A stretch of DNA of 64,000 nucleotides from Auanema rhodensis (Eukaryota > Animalia > Nematoda): the NCBI GenBank assembly GCA_964057225.1, contig OZ059894.1, forward strand, positions 15,190,001-15,254,000, given 5' to 3'. How positions within the stretch are numbered: position 1 is the stretch's first letter; the number at the start of each line of letters is the position of its first letter. Positions 38,201 to 52,600 of the stretch are shown here, in pieces. The notes beneath the pieces were generated by a model. That model searched no databases, had not been told where the DNA came from, and worked only from the letters and a program-made list of their open reading frames with translations. The translations under genes and the position numbers were made by a program.

Positions 38201-41200
38201 CTTACACGTAGTTTTCACGCCATTTTCTCATCATAAATTTTATTCAAATTAGAAAATAAATTTGTCAAAACCAGAATGAAAAACAATAAGCTTTGATCTA
38301 ATTTATTGCTTTTCTCAAAATCTATATTTTTGTTGAAAATCAACAGATGGTAATTCAAAATTTTATTGGACATTTGTGTTGATGTGATGCTATAGCTCTA
38401 AAGCTGGATGAATCAGCTAAATTCACCTGCTTCAAGCACGACGTCTGAGCTCTAACCATTATCTCATTTGGTTTTCAGCAAAAACTTCGATTTTTTTCTA
38501 ATTGTCAGAAAAAAATGATTGCACGACTTCATTTTCGTTCATATAGCTTGCTGCTTATGCAAAACGTATTACTTTATCATGTTAATGCTTTATTGCTAAT
38601 AGTACATCAAGTTTTAGTCTTTTTCCCCTACAACTTCCTCTATTTTATGCTTCAAAATTTTTTTTCTCTCTGAACGATATGGAAAAGGAAAAGTTCCATT
38701 TCATAAAAATTGCATATTAAGTATCTTTGCAGTATATACACATACGTATAAATTACGACATACTTTTTGAGTAAAAAATCTTTTTTTTTCTTCTTCTTCT
38801 TCTTCTTCGGCTTTTCTCATTCGCAGTCTCATTTTCCTACACTTCGCATCATTCTTATGTATATCAGTACTAGAATCTCTTAATTCATCCGATTTTTTTG
38901 TTTACTCGTCTAGCCAATGTATTAGTTGAAAGCAATGATTTTCTATTTTGGAAAACGATATACGAAAGGCCTATTCATGTGTTTAATTGCCTACAACTAG
39001 CCGATGACCATGATGGCGGGGTTTTTGCTGTTCTGAATCCTCATCAGCTGATTAGGTAGAGGACGTACTATTAGCTTGGAGTAAAACCAGATGAATGCCG
39101 GGTTTCTGACATCTGGTCTTTGCTTTTCGTCTATTTTCAAATCGACCCCATCTTTTTAGCTTTATACCAACTTGATCGGTTTGTTGAATAAACGTAACTG
39201 GCAATGGTGTCAACTTAAAAATATAATAATTATAAATACTTCTCTTTAAGATCTTCAAGGTCCGGAAAAGGATAAGCAACCAAACTTTATAATGACCCAT
39301 GTAAAAGACTTGCATACAAGTGCAAGGGCTCAAAACTATTTCCTAGTTAAATCAAAGATATATTCTACTTTTCTCTCAAAACTTTCTCGATTTCCTCTGG
39401 TTCTCTATATCGTTTGTTTCCTAATTTGTTCACGTCTAGCTATGAATTGGCAAACGACAAAACTCTCCTAATCTCGTTAGTGCAATTTCACCGCAATATT
39501 CCGATTATTTCCTTTTACCTTATAGCTGGTCCAATCACTACGAACCAGATAATTCTATAAATTCTTATTCATCTATATATATATATTCGAGTTCTTTTCT
39601 ACTTTCTACTTGAAGTCCATTTACGAACGTGTCATGTTAATTTAGAATGTATTGAAGTTCTACTTAAGGTTCATTTTGAGCAGAACGCGTGATGTGGAAA
39701 TCCTTTAACCTACTACAACCTTCAGAATTTTTCTCGAAGTCGTTTGACATCTCGACTGTGAGATGTGTCTGATCCTTTTCATTTCTGTTTCTTTGGATTA
39801 CCCCAGATCCATTTGCCAATATATAAGCTGAACCATTTCAACTCTCTTATCCAGTTAATACCAATTCGCGTCTCCCAGCCTCGGTTGTAGCTCTTGCATT
39901 CTTTATTTAATCACAAAAAAAGTCTTAGAAATATATATACATATACACATATACACATATGTGTGTGGATATCCCGTTTTACTGAAATTTATTTTCTTCT
40001 TTCAATGTATTCATGTTTGAAACTTTTGGTACGCTATTGGCTTTGCAATTTCTGCAGTTTATTACTCTTATTTCTATTAAGAGAATATAATTTCCATTTT
40101 GGTCATTCGATTTGACTTGCTCAATGTATTGCCTGAACCGATGAGCAGTTCATTCGTCATGAGCAACTTATCCATGCTGAGAGAAGCGATGAAGGGAGAA
40201 GACGAGCTCCTGCTTCCTCACCACTTTCATTCCTGTCCTGACTGGACGCCCGAGAGATGTTGCCTCCTCTTACTCTATCATCTCATTAAACTATTCCGTA
40301 AATGGAAAAACATCAACAGCAGACGAAGATAGAAAAAAGGCCCGACTTTCTTGCCTTATTCTTATTCTAGATTGTTTTATACTTTTAAAACATTTTTTCT
40401 CAATTCTTTGTTGACATTGTACGCTTTGAAACAATATGAATTACAAGAAATTCGTATACATAAACAATAACATAGATATATTGATATGTATATCAATGCA
40501 AATTTAGTATATTAGTAATATGTTCATAAATGCTTTCATAAGCTCAAATAGGTAATATGCTCACATTAAGGCTTGAGTACCTATTTAATCCCATACATGA
40601 TTTGAGATGCCTGATAATGTTTTAACCATGCTGCTATTAGTTTTGATTAGCTCATATAATTTTGAAAATGTAAATGAAAAAAAAATGTTATTAGCTCTTT
40701 TTGGGGAATATTAATATGAAAACGACCGTTCCAAGTGCTACTGTTATGAGAAATAATGATTATTTTCCACGTGAGTCCCCACGTAAATTAGAACTGATTA
40801 TCCAAATAAAATAAAATAAAACAGAGTAAAAAGAAACAGAAAAACGAAATATTTGAGTGAAACGAAAAAAGAAAATAAAGAGGGACAATAGAATCTTAAA
40901 GAACATGAGCTGAAAGGTGGAGAGAGCATGAGTAAGAGAGTTAGAGATAGAGAGACCAAAACAGATAAGTTGCCCTTAGCTAACATTCTATTACATTTCA
41001 AGTCTTGTTACTACCACGTATTAGTGCGTTTCCTAGAGAATAGCTATATTCGATCATTTGTAGTTCTCTATCTTCATTCAATTTTCCACATCTGAACTAT
41101 CTTCCATTTACTTTTGGTTCATGCCCGTTTACCGGTGTTCTATTTTCTTAGAATTTCCATGCTTTTTGAAATTCTCATTTCGTTTTTTGAAATTTTTATT

Positions 41201-42175
41201 CTTTAAAGCTATTTTTGAGAAAAAAATGAATATTTATTAATGAAAGTATAGCATGCAAATCATATTAAACTTAAATTAAAAGAAAATTTAGTATATACTT
41301 TATATTTTTATAATTATCATAAAATAAGATAGATTTTAATATTTTTGATTTTAATTAACAATATATATTATTATGTTGTTTTATTCATTTATAGATATAT
41401 AGAAATACAAGTATAAATGTATCTGATTTCCATTTGAATGCTTCAGATAGACAGTAATCAGTTATCTCCATCATATACGAATGAAGGTTTTATTCTCTTT
41501 CTCTCTATCCTCTCTTCCTCTCTCTTCTTATTCTTTTTCTCTCATACCCTATCTATTTATATGAGGAAAACTCATGTTTCTTTCGCTCCATTTCATCTTA
41601 AGCTCATTGAAGCGTCGTGAAAACTTCATCTCAGCTTCATATCAAGTCATATGAAGAATATTTTCTTCCATTTAATCCTTCCCCTTTTCAATATTCTTTA
41701 TTTCTTTTGAAAACCGATCACTATTTAGTCAAAATGACATTTCTTCATTTTCTGAACAACTTACAAGTGAAATTACGAATTTTCCGTATTCGGATGTATC
41801 CACTTGCTTGTACATATGCTGACAGCACATCCTTATATTCGTTAAGTCTTTGTTCGTTTGCTGGACAAAGAATGCTATGATAGTTATCAAATACTAAATA
41901 TATGTATAAAAAATAGTTTTTTTTTATATCTCAGTACTATATGTTCTAGTATAAATACCATGTTTTGTGTCTTTCAATTTGAGAAATACATGTATACTTG
42001 CTTGTATTTGAACAAGATGTCATTCGGTGTTATGGTCTGTTAATCTTCATACCTTTCCTTCAAAACTTTCAATTCTTCATTTATTCGATATTATTCTTCA
42101 TGTTTTATCTTTTACTTTCTAACATTACGCTTGATTGAACCATTGGAACATTTTTGATATTTTATAATTTCAGAT

Positions 42176-42783
42176 ATGAAAGTATTATATGGTCATTTAC
42201 TCATATTATACTCAATTTTTCCAATAGCTAATTCTTTGAAATGTTTATCAGGTTTGAGCTTTAATTCAATTTTATATAAATTATTTAAATATTGTAGGTC
42301 ATCCACAATCACCGTTAGAATGTACATCTTTGACTTATTGTGTTACTATGAAACCTAAAAATGGTCCAACTCAGCATTCATGTGACGGTAATACATCTAA
42401 TCTCACTTTCTTTTTTTAAATATATGAATCTTATAGGAAATGCTGTTGGTCAGATATCACTTTGTTCTCGAGCAAGTGCACGATCTCGAATGACAGGCCT
42501 ATCTTCCAGTAGCGATTATTACTATGGAAGTAAGTTATCTAAATGCAAAATCAAGAATATACAAACCGTATCCATTTCAGCTCATTCTTCTGTTAGTAGT
42601 TCAAGTCGATCTAGTCGACTTTCTTCTCATCATCAACAGATGAGAGATCATTCTTGCTTTGATGGAGGAGAACTTGGACAAATCTGTTGTTGTAGTACAG
42701 ATTACTGTAATTCATCAACATCATTCTCTACGTTATCTACTATTCTTTTCACTATAATTGTTGTTGTTTCATATCGCTTTTGA
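42176..42783 (+). CDS. Small Cys-rich secreted, probably GPI-anchored protein; Ly6/three-finger (activin-receptor ectodomain)-like
   Basis: Signal peptide + LKCLSG|HPQSPLECTSLTYCVT...HSCD|G...LCS...SCFDGGELGQICCCSTDYCN + hydrophobic tail. Confidence 0.75.
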
Positions 42784-43771
42784 ACTCTTTTCTTGAAAAC
42801 TAACTGCATTTACTATCTCATTCATTTCAAATCCTTTTTTCTCATTAAAAAAACAAGGAAGTATTGCGAGAAGTTTGCAGCGATGATACTCGCATACAAC
42901 ATCATTATGAAAGCTCATTTTAGTAATTAAATAGTTATCCAACTAAACTTAATTGGATATATTATTTATAATTAAATGAAAAAGAACATCAAAACTTACC
43001 ATATATATACTTATACATAGGTATATAGTTTGAATTATTACTAAAAAAAAATAATTAGCCTCTATATCCTATCCTTTTTTGTATTTACTCGCCTCAATAT
43101 CTCTTCTTAAAGTCTTCATTCTTTCACTATTTGAAATATATTGAAAGAAGAAAATCTCTTCGTTTAACTTCCTGACATCCGTACTTACATTGACCTGAAA
43201 AGCTCAATGAGCATACATATGATCTAATTGAAGTTTTTTTCATTTTCGGTTTTGTTTCAACCACTTATTCTCAAAACAAAACAAGATTTGATCATTTTAA
43301 CAGTATACATTTTGATTACGAATTATTTTATTTAATGTGAGTCACTACGACAATTCTTATATCTCATGGAATTTTCTCTATCTTTCTTCTCTTTCATCCG
43401 CTCCTTTGTGCTCAAGTAATTCAATTACTATTATCACAAAATCCATAATTTTACAATTATTTTATGCTTAAATTTATATATTTCCTTATATTTATGTGAT
43501 AATTATTCAATGGGTATCTTTGTAATTTTTTATTTAAAAAAAAACATATTTTAATACTAGGTAGTTAAGTTATGTTGTAATCGTATTGTCGAATGTATAC
43601 AATAAAAATTTCATTGTTATTCAACAATCACTTTGATAAATTTATTAGAATTTTTATCTGGCTATCGTGTCAAGAAATTAAATCAAAAGATCTCAATTTT
43701 CTTTGAAAAAAAAAAAAAAGAATTTTCAATGAGATGCAATTAAAATTAAAATAAAAAAATTAACAAATGCT

Positions 43772-45654
43772 TCAAATGCTTTTTTTTGAAATATAAAAAA
43801 CTATTGGCTTATTCTCCAATTTGTTCCTCGTATTGCATTGAGCAGCATTGACAAATGTCTAAACAAATTTTTTTATAATATTTATTACAACAATTGGATG
43901 AATCACTTACAGTTACATCATTAGTCATAGCTCCATAGCAAGCATGTACATGTCCAAACACATGAAAACTGGAAATTGTTGTTTTTATAAGTTGAAATTA
44001 ATATTTTTAAAAATTAAAATGTATAGATTATAATCAAACCTTGGCTTAACTCGTTCCTCTACTTCTTTCAGTAAGTGTCTACAGCCCCAACGTTCTCTAC
44101 CTTGGAACAAGTCGAGATAACCTTAAACCAGTATAGTTTAACAAATCAAGATTGACTAACAAGTTAAATTATTATTATAATTTGATATTATCACGTATAT
44201 TTGCATGATCGCATGAAAATACACTATAATATAATTCTATGCCAATGATATTAAGTTCATTTTCTACATTTAGCTCATATAAGCCGTTCGAAAATTTACC
44301 TAAAGGTGGTGTATGTGTTATCAGCACATCAGTGTCAGTAGGAATCGTTTTCCATTTAGGTTCAAGATCTGTGCGTTCAGTGGAGAAAGGGAAACCAGCT
44401 AAGGGATGCCATGAAGAACCATAGAACTTGACGCCGTCAATCTAATAAACAAAAACAAACGATTGCTGACAAATACTAATATAGCATACTATTTGTCCTT
44501 TATCTTGTAAATAAATTCCATTTGTTATTTGTGTATATCCTTTCAATGTTCCTCTGCCCTTTGAACCTTCTTCTCTTTTGTTTAAATCCTAAATACAATT
44601 CAATTTTTTTCAAAAAAAAAACGAAAATGACAACCTCTGTATCATCAAAACCGAGCTCATGATTACCAGCTACTATTAATTTATATTTATGGGGTAGTCT
44701 GCCTAGAATAATGATAACGTCATACAGTATAATTTCGAATTGAAGATCATCATTGAAAAAATATACAAACCGAGAGCTTCATTGAATACTGCAATTTTCT
44801 CAGATTCACCATTGCATGTGAAATCGCCACTGTGTATCAAAACATCGCCATCTGGTATGTCGGACTGAAACAAGTTTTTGAATCTTACAAATTTCAAGAT
44901 AACCATACAATAATAAGAAAAAACTACAATAAAATATATAAATAGTATTACTTACAAGCATATCTTGAAGTTGATCATGAGTATCAGAAATACAAACTAC
45001 TTTGAGGTAAGCTTCAGTAGAAGATGGTTGGTTGATTTCACTTAAAAGGCAGACATCATTTGCAATAATATATTCAAAAAAAAAAAGAAAAAACTTACTT
45101 TTTTGCATTTAAACTGACGTTTTTCAGAATTTTACTATCCTTAATTTGTTCCCAATATTGTGCTTCATGACTGGGATCAACAATGAAATCAGTACTCATC
45201 TTACTAGCCTCTGCTACAAACCTAAAAATCACATGACGTTTAGTTTTTATTGAAGATTGATAACGAGGCTGGGAGTCTGTCTCTTAAAGATATATATTTA
45301 TAAAAAAATGTATATATATATATACGTTTTCTATACTACTTGATGAAAAAAATGAAATTATATTGAATAAATGGGAAAATGATGAGAACTGGAGAATACG
45401 ATCGGTAAGTGAATAATACATTTTAAACATATATTCAATGCGGAAAGTATAGAAGAAATATTTTTGAAATTATAAGTGCTTTGAGTGCATGCCAAACAAT
45501 CTCAACATCACAAACAGTATAGCCTTTTAAGTTTCAGTGAACAGAGAAATTCGAAAAAAACCGACTGAGCGGCTAAGTTTTCAGATAAGAAGAAAGGCAA
45601 AACGTACCACGCTGTGATCGAAAAAAGGAAGAAAAACTGAACAGGAAAATCCAT
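43772..45654 (-). CDS. Metallophosphoesterase, MPPED1/2 (UPF0046)-like; upstream signal-peptide exon 45608-45654, internal ATG at 45199
   Basis: VVCISDTH, DVLIHSGDFT, IVAGNHELGFD, DVLITHTPP and HVFGHVH motifs; ends KPIVFYISKKSI*. Confidence 0.9.
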
Positions 45655-48600
45655 GTTCCGATTTGTGTGATTGCTGATGATACAGAAACGGAATTCAAGA
45701 GGACTAGCGAGAGGACATCAAAGAAACCTCGGAGCTAATGCCAACCTCTAGTGACTTTTGATGGAAAAGATGGAGGGTGGGTCCTTTAGAAACACCTGAC
45801 GATGAGAAACAGCTGGAGAGGAAAATAATTGAAGGTCTGTGATTTTCTTAGATATTTCACATAAACATGTATGATACTAAGCTGTAATTCAATAAAACTA
45901 GAATGTCCAAAAAATGGCTTTTAAACAAGAAAAAAAAAAACAAAAAAAATATGTTGAAAGCGCTGCGTTACTAGTGCTCTTAGGAAAAAAACAGCAGTGC
46001 ATTAAGAAAAAGTTAGTAGCATTCGGAAGGAAAATGATGGCTCTACAAACGATTCTGGATAGAATTGCCCAAGAAGTTTATTGTTAAAACGTGTAGTTGA
46101 AAACTTGGATGAGCGTGACTCAGAATAGCTAACTCCAACAATTCTCTTATTTCTTTTTAAAGTTATTTAATATAAAACAATGACACAATGGAAATAATGA
46201 TATATAAATAGAAAATATACATTTCTATATAAAAAGAATAGAATAAGCTACATACAGTGATTGAGAAAGAAAAAGTTCTTACTTTAAAATAGATATAATA
46301 TAAAAATTATAAAACATACACAACATTTCTTTTTTTATACATAAAACGAACGGGAAAAAAGAAGAAAAAGAAACATAGATGCATGAAAAACATGAGCATG
46401 ACACCAACATAGGAGAGACGAGCCTGAGCTTGCGTTAGGAGATGAGATGGATGATATGACATCTGGTCCTGAGGGCACAGCATTCAAAACAGCTAAATAG
46501 AAACCAAAAGTCCATATAGATACTCGTGTAGTTTTCACAGCCAGTTTTTACAATATTTTCTAAGTTACAAGAGAAAAATCGGAAATTTTTTTTGGAGTTA
46601 GATCAATGTTAGCCACAGTCATAGATGTAAAAGATGATACATGTTTGCTCAGAATAAGATCAAAATACAAAAAGATGAATTGGACTTAATGGTTTCCAGA
46701 ATAACGTTGGAATATTTTACGTGCTAATACGTGTAAAATTTGAAAAAAAACTGAAGAAAACAAGCATATAGATTAGCACCAAGCATTTCTTTAAGAAAAT
46801 TTTCAAAAAAAATTGATGTTTAGAATGAAAAAAGTATGGTTTTCTTAAGAAAGTTATAAAGCAAAGCTTTGTTCGAAAAAGCTATTACAAAAACTTTCAT
46901 TGAAAGAAAAAAACAAGGAGAATCGTTAACTTCATATATACATTGAAATACATATAGATTTTTGTTTTTATATATATATATATATATACTAATCTTACAA
47001 TCTCAGAAAGCACTGATAATTGTTGATAGATGGAAACGGAAATGGTTGTGCGTGTTTTTGTGTGTGTTTGTGCATGTGATTGAAGTAAGTGAAGATGAAT
47101 AAAGAAAAAAGAAGAGCCAAGAAAGGTTTTTAAAGAAAAATAAAATTATATATCATTTCGAAAACGAATTTATTATAAATTTTTTAACAACATATTGATT
47201 TTTTTTTTGGAAAACTTAATGTCTATGGTGATTGCGTATGGATAATAAAGCATGGGCAACAAGTTAGAGTTAATTGTCATAGTTGCAGCTTATTTCTGAT
47301 TTTATAAGTAAATGCAGCATAACAATGAAACGTAATTTGAATTCTTTATGAAATTCTAATATTAGAAGCTTTATTATTATAAAAACTATCAAGAATCCTA
47401 AAAAAAAGTCAAAAGAAGGGAGGAAAAGAGTAAAGAAAATGACGCAGGTAGAGACACAGAGAGGGAGAAATATGTCAAGAAAAAAAATCTATGACAGAGA
47501 GAAGAAAAATAATAATGAGACAAGAAGGATAGAGAGAAGAGCCAGACAGACAGAGAGAGAAAGAAAGAGGGGGTGGAGGAGGAGAGAATATTAATACATA
47601 TACATAGAGAGAGAAAGAAGTTGTGTAGCAGAAAGCTTCCATTCCAGAAATGGCTCTCACAAACAAGGAGCAAACGGAGACAGCAAGAAGTATATAGAAG
47701 GAGAAGCATCGAAAATTGAGTAAATGGATAAGATATATCAGGAATTTAGTATAATTAGTAATTCAAATTAAAAAGAAAACGTTCGTAAATTAAATAAAAT
47801 AACAATAACAATAAATAACAATAACAACAACAACTATATCTTCTTCCCTGTATTCAAATTAGCATTTAAAATAAAAACTTCAAAAGAGTGTGAATCATTT
47901 AATTTTAAAAAAATATCTTGAGCACTATCATCCGTTAATGAATTTACATTCGTAACTTCTTTTCTTTATCCATTTCTGTTTTTTTTTTTGAAAAAAATAA
48001 GCGCGGAATTGCGAATGATTCTTGTCGTGTAGTTGTTAAAGCCATGCTGTTCATAGTTGAAAAGTTGATGCAAAATCTACTAAACATACACACATATATA
48101 CCGGAAAAAGAAATTCTCAATAATATTTTAAGAATATGACTTATTATCCTTCAATTATTAAAACATTTTTAACATATTATTAAAAAAAATCATTTATACA
48201 ATTAACAATAAAAAGTTTGTACAGAGAAATCAATGTCATGGAAAAAAGTAAATCAATTGTTTATGAATTTGTATATAGAAATACAGAAAGAAAAATTAAA
48301 TGGCTGTATGACAAGAGCTTTTCGTAGATTATGAGTCTACATTATCATGAATCAAGATAAATATGGCTTTGTAAGGAAAAATCTTTGCCTAAGCTTGATT
48401 TGCACAAGGCTGAACAAACGACTTCTTGCTCCGTATTTAGCCTCAACAAAGGTAAAAGCACGTGAAGGAGAAGTAAAGAGAGGAAATGAGGTAAGTTGAG
48501 AGAGAGATAGAGAGAGAGAAGGGAAGCCAAATACCCGAAAGTCATGAGAACAGACGAATAAAAAAGTTTAACGAGGAAAATAAAATTTGTTTAATGAAAG

Positions 48601-48800
48601 CGTAATTTCAAAAATTAGTCAGTATGGAAGAAAAGTGTTTCAAAAATACTAAATATGACTAAATAATAATTATATTTATAAATAAAAATAATATTTAAAG
48701 ATCAAAGTGAGTATAGTATCTACAACTGAAAAAAATGTTGTTTTAATAGTAATTTAAGCTATATAAATCAAAATATTAGAAAGGGATAAAACTGAACAAA

Positions 48801-49640
48801 CTAAACAATATCTTGAATCTGTAGGCATGAAGCAATGCCAATATCTACTTCTGTGTGCCCATGTGATAAAGATGTTCCAGAAACAGATTTGGGAAGTACT
48901 GGTTCCGACGACGTGATTGTCATCACAGGAGCCATATCCGTGGATAATGTATCTTCAAAAGATTCTAATGGGGGCGGCTGATTCTGAGCAATACGAAGAA
49001 TAGTGGGTCGTAAAGAATGAATAGTTGATTGGACAGTTAGCTGGAAAATAATTATTTTAGAAAAGGAAGCAGATGTCAAAGAAACATACCTGCTCATCTT
49101 GTTCCGGTACAACACTAAGTTTCTTATCGCTAGGACGACGAGCACTATTCATATGAAGATAAACAGATGATACAGAATTCATCATCTACAAAAAGAAGAT
49201 ATAAACTTCAAAACATCTGATGAGATAGATTACCTTAGCACCATCTTCATCATCGTGTCGGATAAGTTCCTTGGATTCATGTGAAGATGAATAATTTGAA
49301 TCATTCCTGAAATGAATAGGAGATATAAAGTTGTGTTGCGATTGATCTCATGATTTCATGACCCATGAAAGATAAGAAGTGATTCATATTTTTACACGAG
49401 TTCAGTACTTCGAAACTAGACAGCTGTTTTTCGATAAAATGAGACAGTGTCAGACCAAGTTCTCAATCATTTACAACACAATTGTCTCAGAGATATCATT
49501 GATTACGTATGAGTCATTTACCTTTGTCCAGAGAGGAAAGACACCATCGCATCCGGGCAAGTAGCCATCGACACAAGCCATGCAAAGAACATAACGCAGC
49601 ATAGTATAACAATTATAATTATGGCCATAAGTTCATCCAT
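48801..49640 (-). CDS. Small single-TM protein of unknown function (4 coding exons; possible extra upstream exon at 52819-52851)
   Basis: MDELMAIIIIVILCCVMFFAWLVSMATCPDAMVSFLSGQR|NDSN...GAK|MMNS...DEQ|LTVQ...QDIV*; all GT-AG and in phase. Confidence 0.7.
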
Positions 49641-52600
49641 TATGAGCTGAAAGAAAAAATTGGAGTGCATCATTAAATTTTGAAGCCAATAAATCTTCGT
49701 TATAAAAGAATAAAAAAGAATATTATTTTTAATATGAAGCAGCGGTGTTTATGTATCTTATATTCCGTCTTTTAGATAAAAAAAAATATTTGTTTACTAC
49801 ACGACTTGTTCAGAGTTTCAAATACTCACCAACAGAAATCGTGGAAATTACGAACAAAAAATCGTAGAAAACACCATGACAAAAACTTATATGAAACCTT
49901 ATGCCAGAAATATATAAGCTGGTATTATGCTATTCAGAAACATGGTGAGTAAGGTCTCAAATGATAACAGCTGTTTTTAAATTAAAAAAGAGAATAGAAG
50001 ACAGTCAAAAGAAAAAAGAATATTTTCAAAAGAAAAAACAGTTACTTCTTCAAAACAAAAAAACAAGCAAGACATATTGCATAACCGACTTTTGAAGGAG
50101 GTTGTTCATATCCCAAGATATATACATATATATAGGAAAAAGCTTAAAGGTGGTCTATGCAAGAAAGTACAAACATCGAAATCAGTAGGATCACAGTTTA
50201 CACAGCAGAGAGTGATGAAAAATTGCATTTAAATTGAGAGACACTAACATTTTCAAGAGTACATAAGATGCAGAGAGCAATAAGGACCTTACTTTCTGAT
50301 TATACTATGAATATTTTTAGAATGCTAACCAAATTGTTTAATGAAATGTTATTATAGATAATGAACACAAATGCTGAAAAAATAACGATAGAAACAGACA
50401 TAACATTAAGAATTCACGATGTATATTGCTATAACATGGCAAAAGCTATCTTAAGGATTCTGCTCCATTGCTAAACTATTGACATTGGAGCATAAAGCTC
50501 CGTAACGTTGACAAGCCAATAAGTGTCTCATCATTACAACAATGTTTCTATATTTCTAAATTTAACATTAATATAAAAATTGCAAGCTGCAATGTATTAC
50601 AAATGATAATTGAAAGTTACTATTTACATTTATTGTAATTAATATAAAGCATAATTTTATACCAATTTCTATAAAAGCCTAGCAAGGAATATTGATAAAG
50701 AAATTTTTTTATCAGATTTCAAACTGTGAGGAAAAAAGTGAATGATGCAATGGAACACTGTAACCAGATAATGTATTTTAGGATTTGAACAATGAACATC
50801 TGTGAATCTACTTCATAAAATAAAAATAAAAACCGCTATCGAAAATTCCATCTTCAAAGCTGAATCTTCAGTATACCAAGCAGAGTGGCGGAAATGAAAA
50901 TTAACGTCAACAGTGTAATGAGTGAGTGGTTTGAAGAAAGTTTCTTTAAATTTTCCTGTTTTGTCTATTATTTGTTAGCACTTGAATTCACAATCAATTG
51001 ACCAGATGTATTGAGCTATTTGTAGTCAATAACACGAATAACGCGTGACGAGACTGGCACAAGCTCAAAAAAATGATATTTTTTCCAAATATACATGCAA
51101 ATTCAAATATTATTTATGATACTTGGTAATATATTCAAGTGAGATAAAAAAATATATATGCGAAAACGAGAATAATTTTTAGTTTTAGGAGAATAAGACA
51201 ACTGTAAAGATTTTAGAATGAATTCTGGACTCAGTATTATATAGCTAAGCATAAGCTAAAAGCCCACCCCCACAAATTTGTTTTTAATTTTTAAATAATT
51301 TATCACCTAATCAGAAATAATATCGAATAATAAAATATTAAGATCGCAGATTTGTTGATGTAATTAAAAAGCTATCACGATCATAATTGACTGAAAACAG
51401 TAAAGCTGTACAAGACAGAGTAAGTTGCCAACACTCCAGGCGAACTGCCTAGCGCCGCAAACTCTATGAGAGAGCGTGCTAATCTAGGAGGGCAAGCAGA
51501 GAAAACAAAGAAAATCAATAGCTGTGCAGATAGAGGTGGTTGTGGAAAATGAGGAAAGTTAAGAAAATTAATGAAATAACTCATTAAAAAGTTATTATAG
51601 TCCGAGAAGGGTAGAATTTGATAGCAGAGAGCAAAAAGTATTTGAAAATAATACGTATACTATCAATTGATTGAAATAAAAAAAGTGTTGAAAGTGAGGA
51701 GCCGTTGATTGATGAGACTATTTCCTTGTAGTCTGATTATTTGAACACATGTGCTCAATGTGTTCCGGATTCTTTCTGAACCCTTTGGTCACTTTTCCTG
51801 GAAAACCCAAACGCATTGAGCGTCGAAAAATGAGCTCAATGAACTTAGAGAATTTGGAAGAATGAAGAATTGCTCAGGTCGACTAGCACAGTAAAAAAGA
51901 TAAAGCATAATTACTCATTTACTTAGAATATATTTCTTTTTCATTCAATTATTCGCATATATCTATTGAAATAAGAAAGCAATGCAACCGCTCTTTAGTT
52001 GTTGAAAAATAAAAATGAAAATAGGATTCTGAGTTTCGTCATTTCATCCATCTTAACGGAGAATCTATTGTTTGATTTTTTTTTAAAATACAATTGAAAA
52101 TAGGAAGACGAAGAATGTTAAACTGGAATTAATCATAAGTAAAGTTTTGAATAGTATAGAAGATCGTTATAATAGTATGCAATGAAACATAAAGCTGTTT
52201 CATGACGTAAAAGCTTGAGTGTTCTGCAATGATAGTGTGGATGATTTGTGGTGAAGAGAAAGCAGAAATGGAACATAAAAAAGGCAAAACAATGTTTAAA
52301 TAATTTGAAAAAAATAGTTTTCAGCGAATGAAAATAGATTTAAGAATAATATAAAACTTTTAAATTATTGAGCATCGAAGTCAAACAGCAATAAAGAGAG
52401 CGTTTTCAAATTTGCTGATAGTCAACGGCTCTGTTTTCGATTTGTTCTGTATTTCAATTGTTCAGATGTATTGTTTTTATTATTTTTTAGACATCTGAAT
52501 CGATAGAATTAAAAAATTAAAAAATTGTAACTAGATAGTTAGTAATGAATGATGTAATATATGGATTTCGAATGAAATGAATATTTTTCCAGAATCAAAT

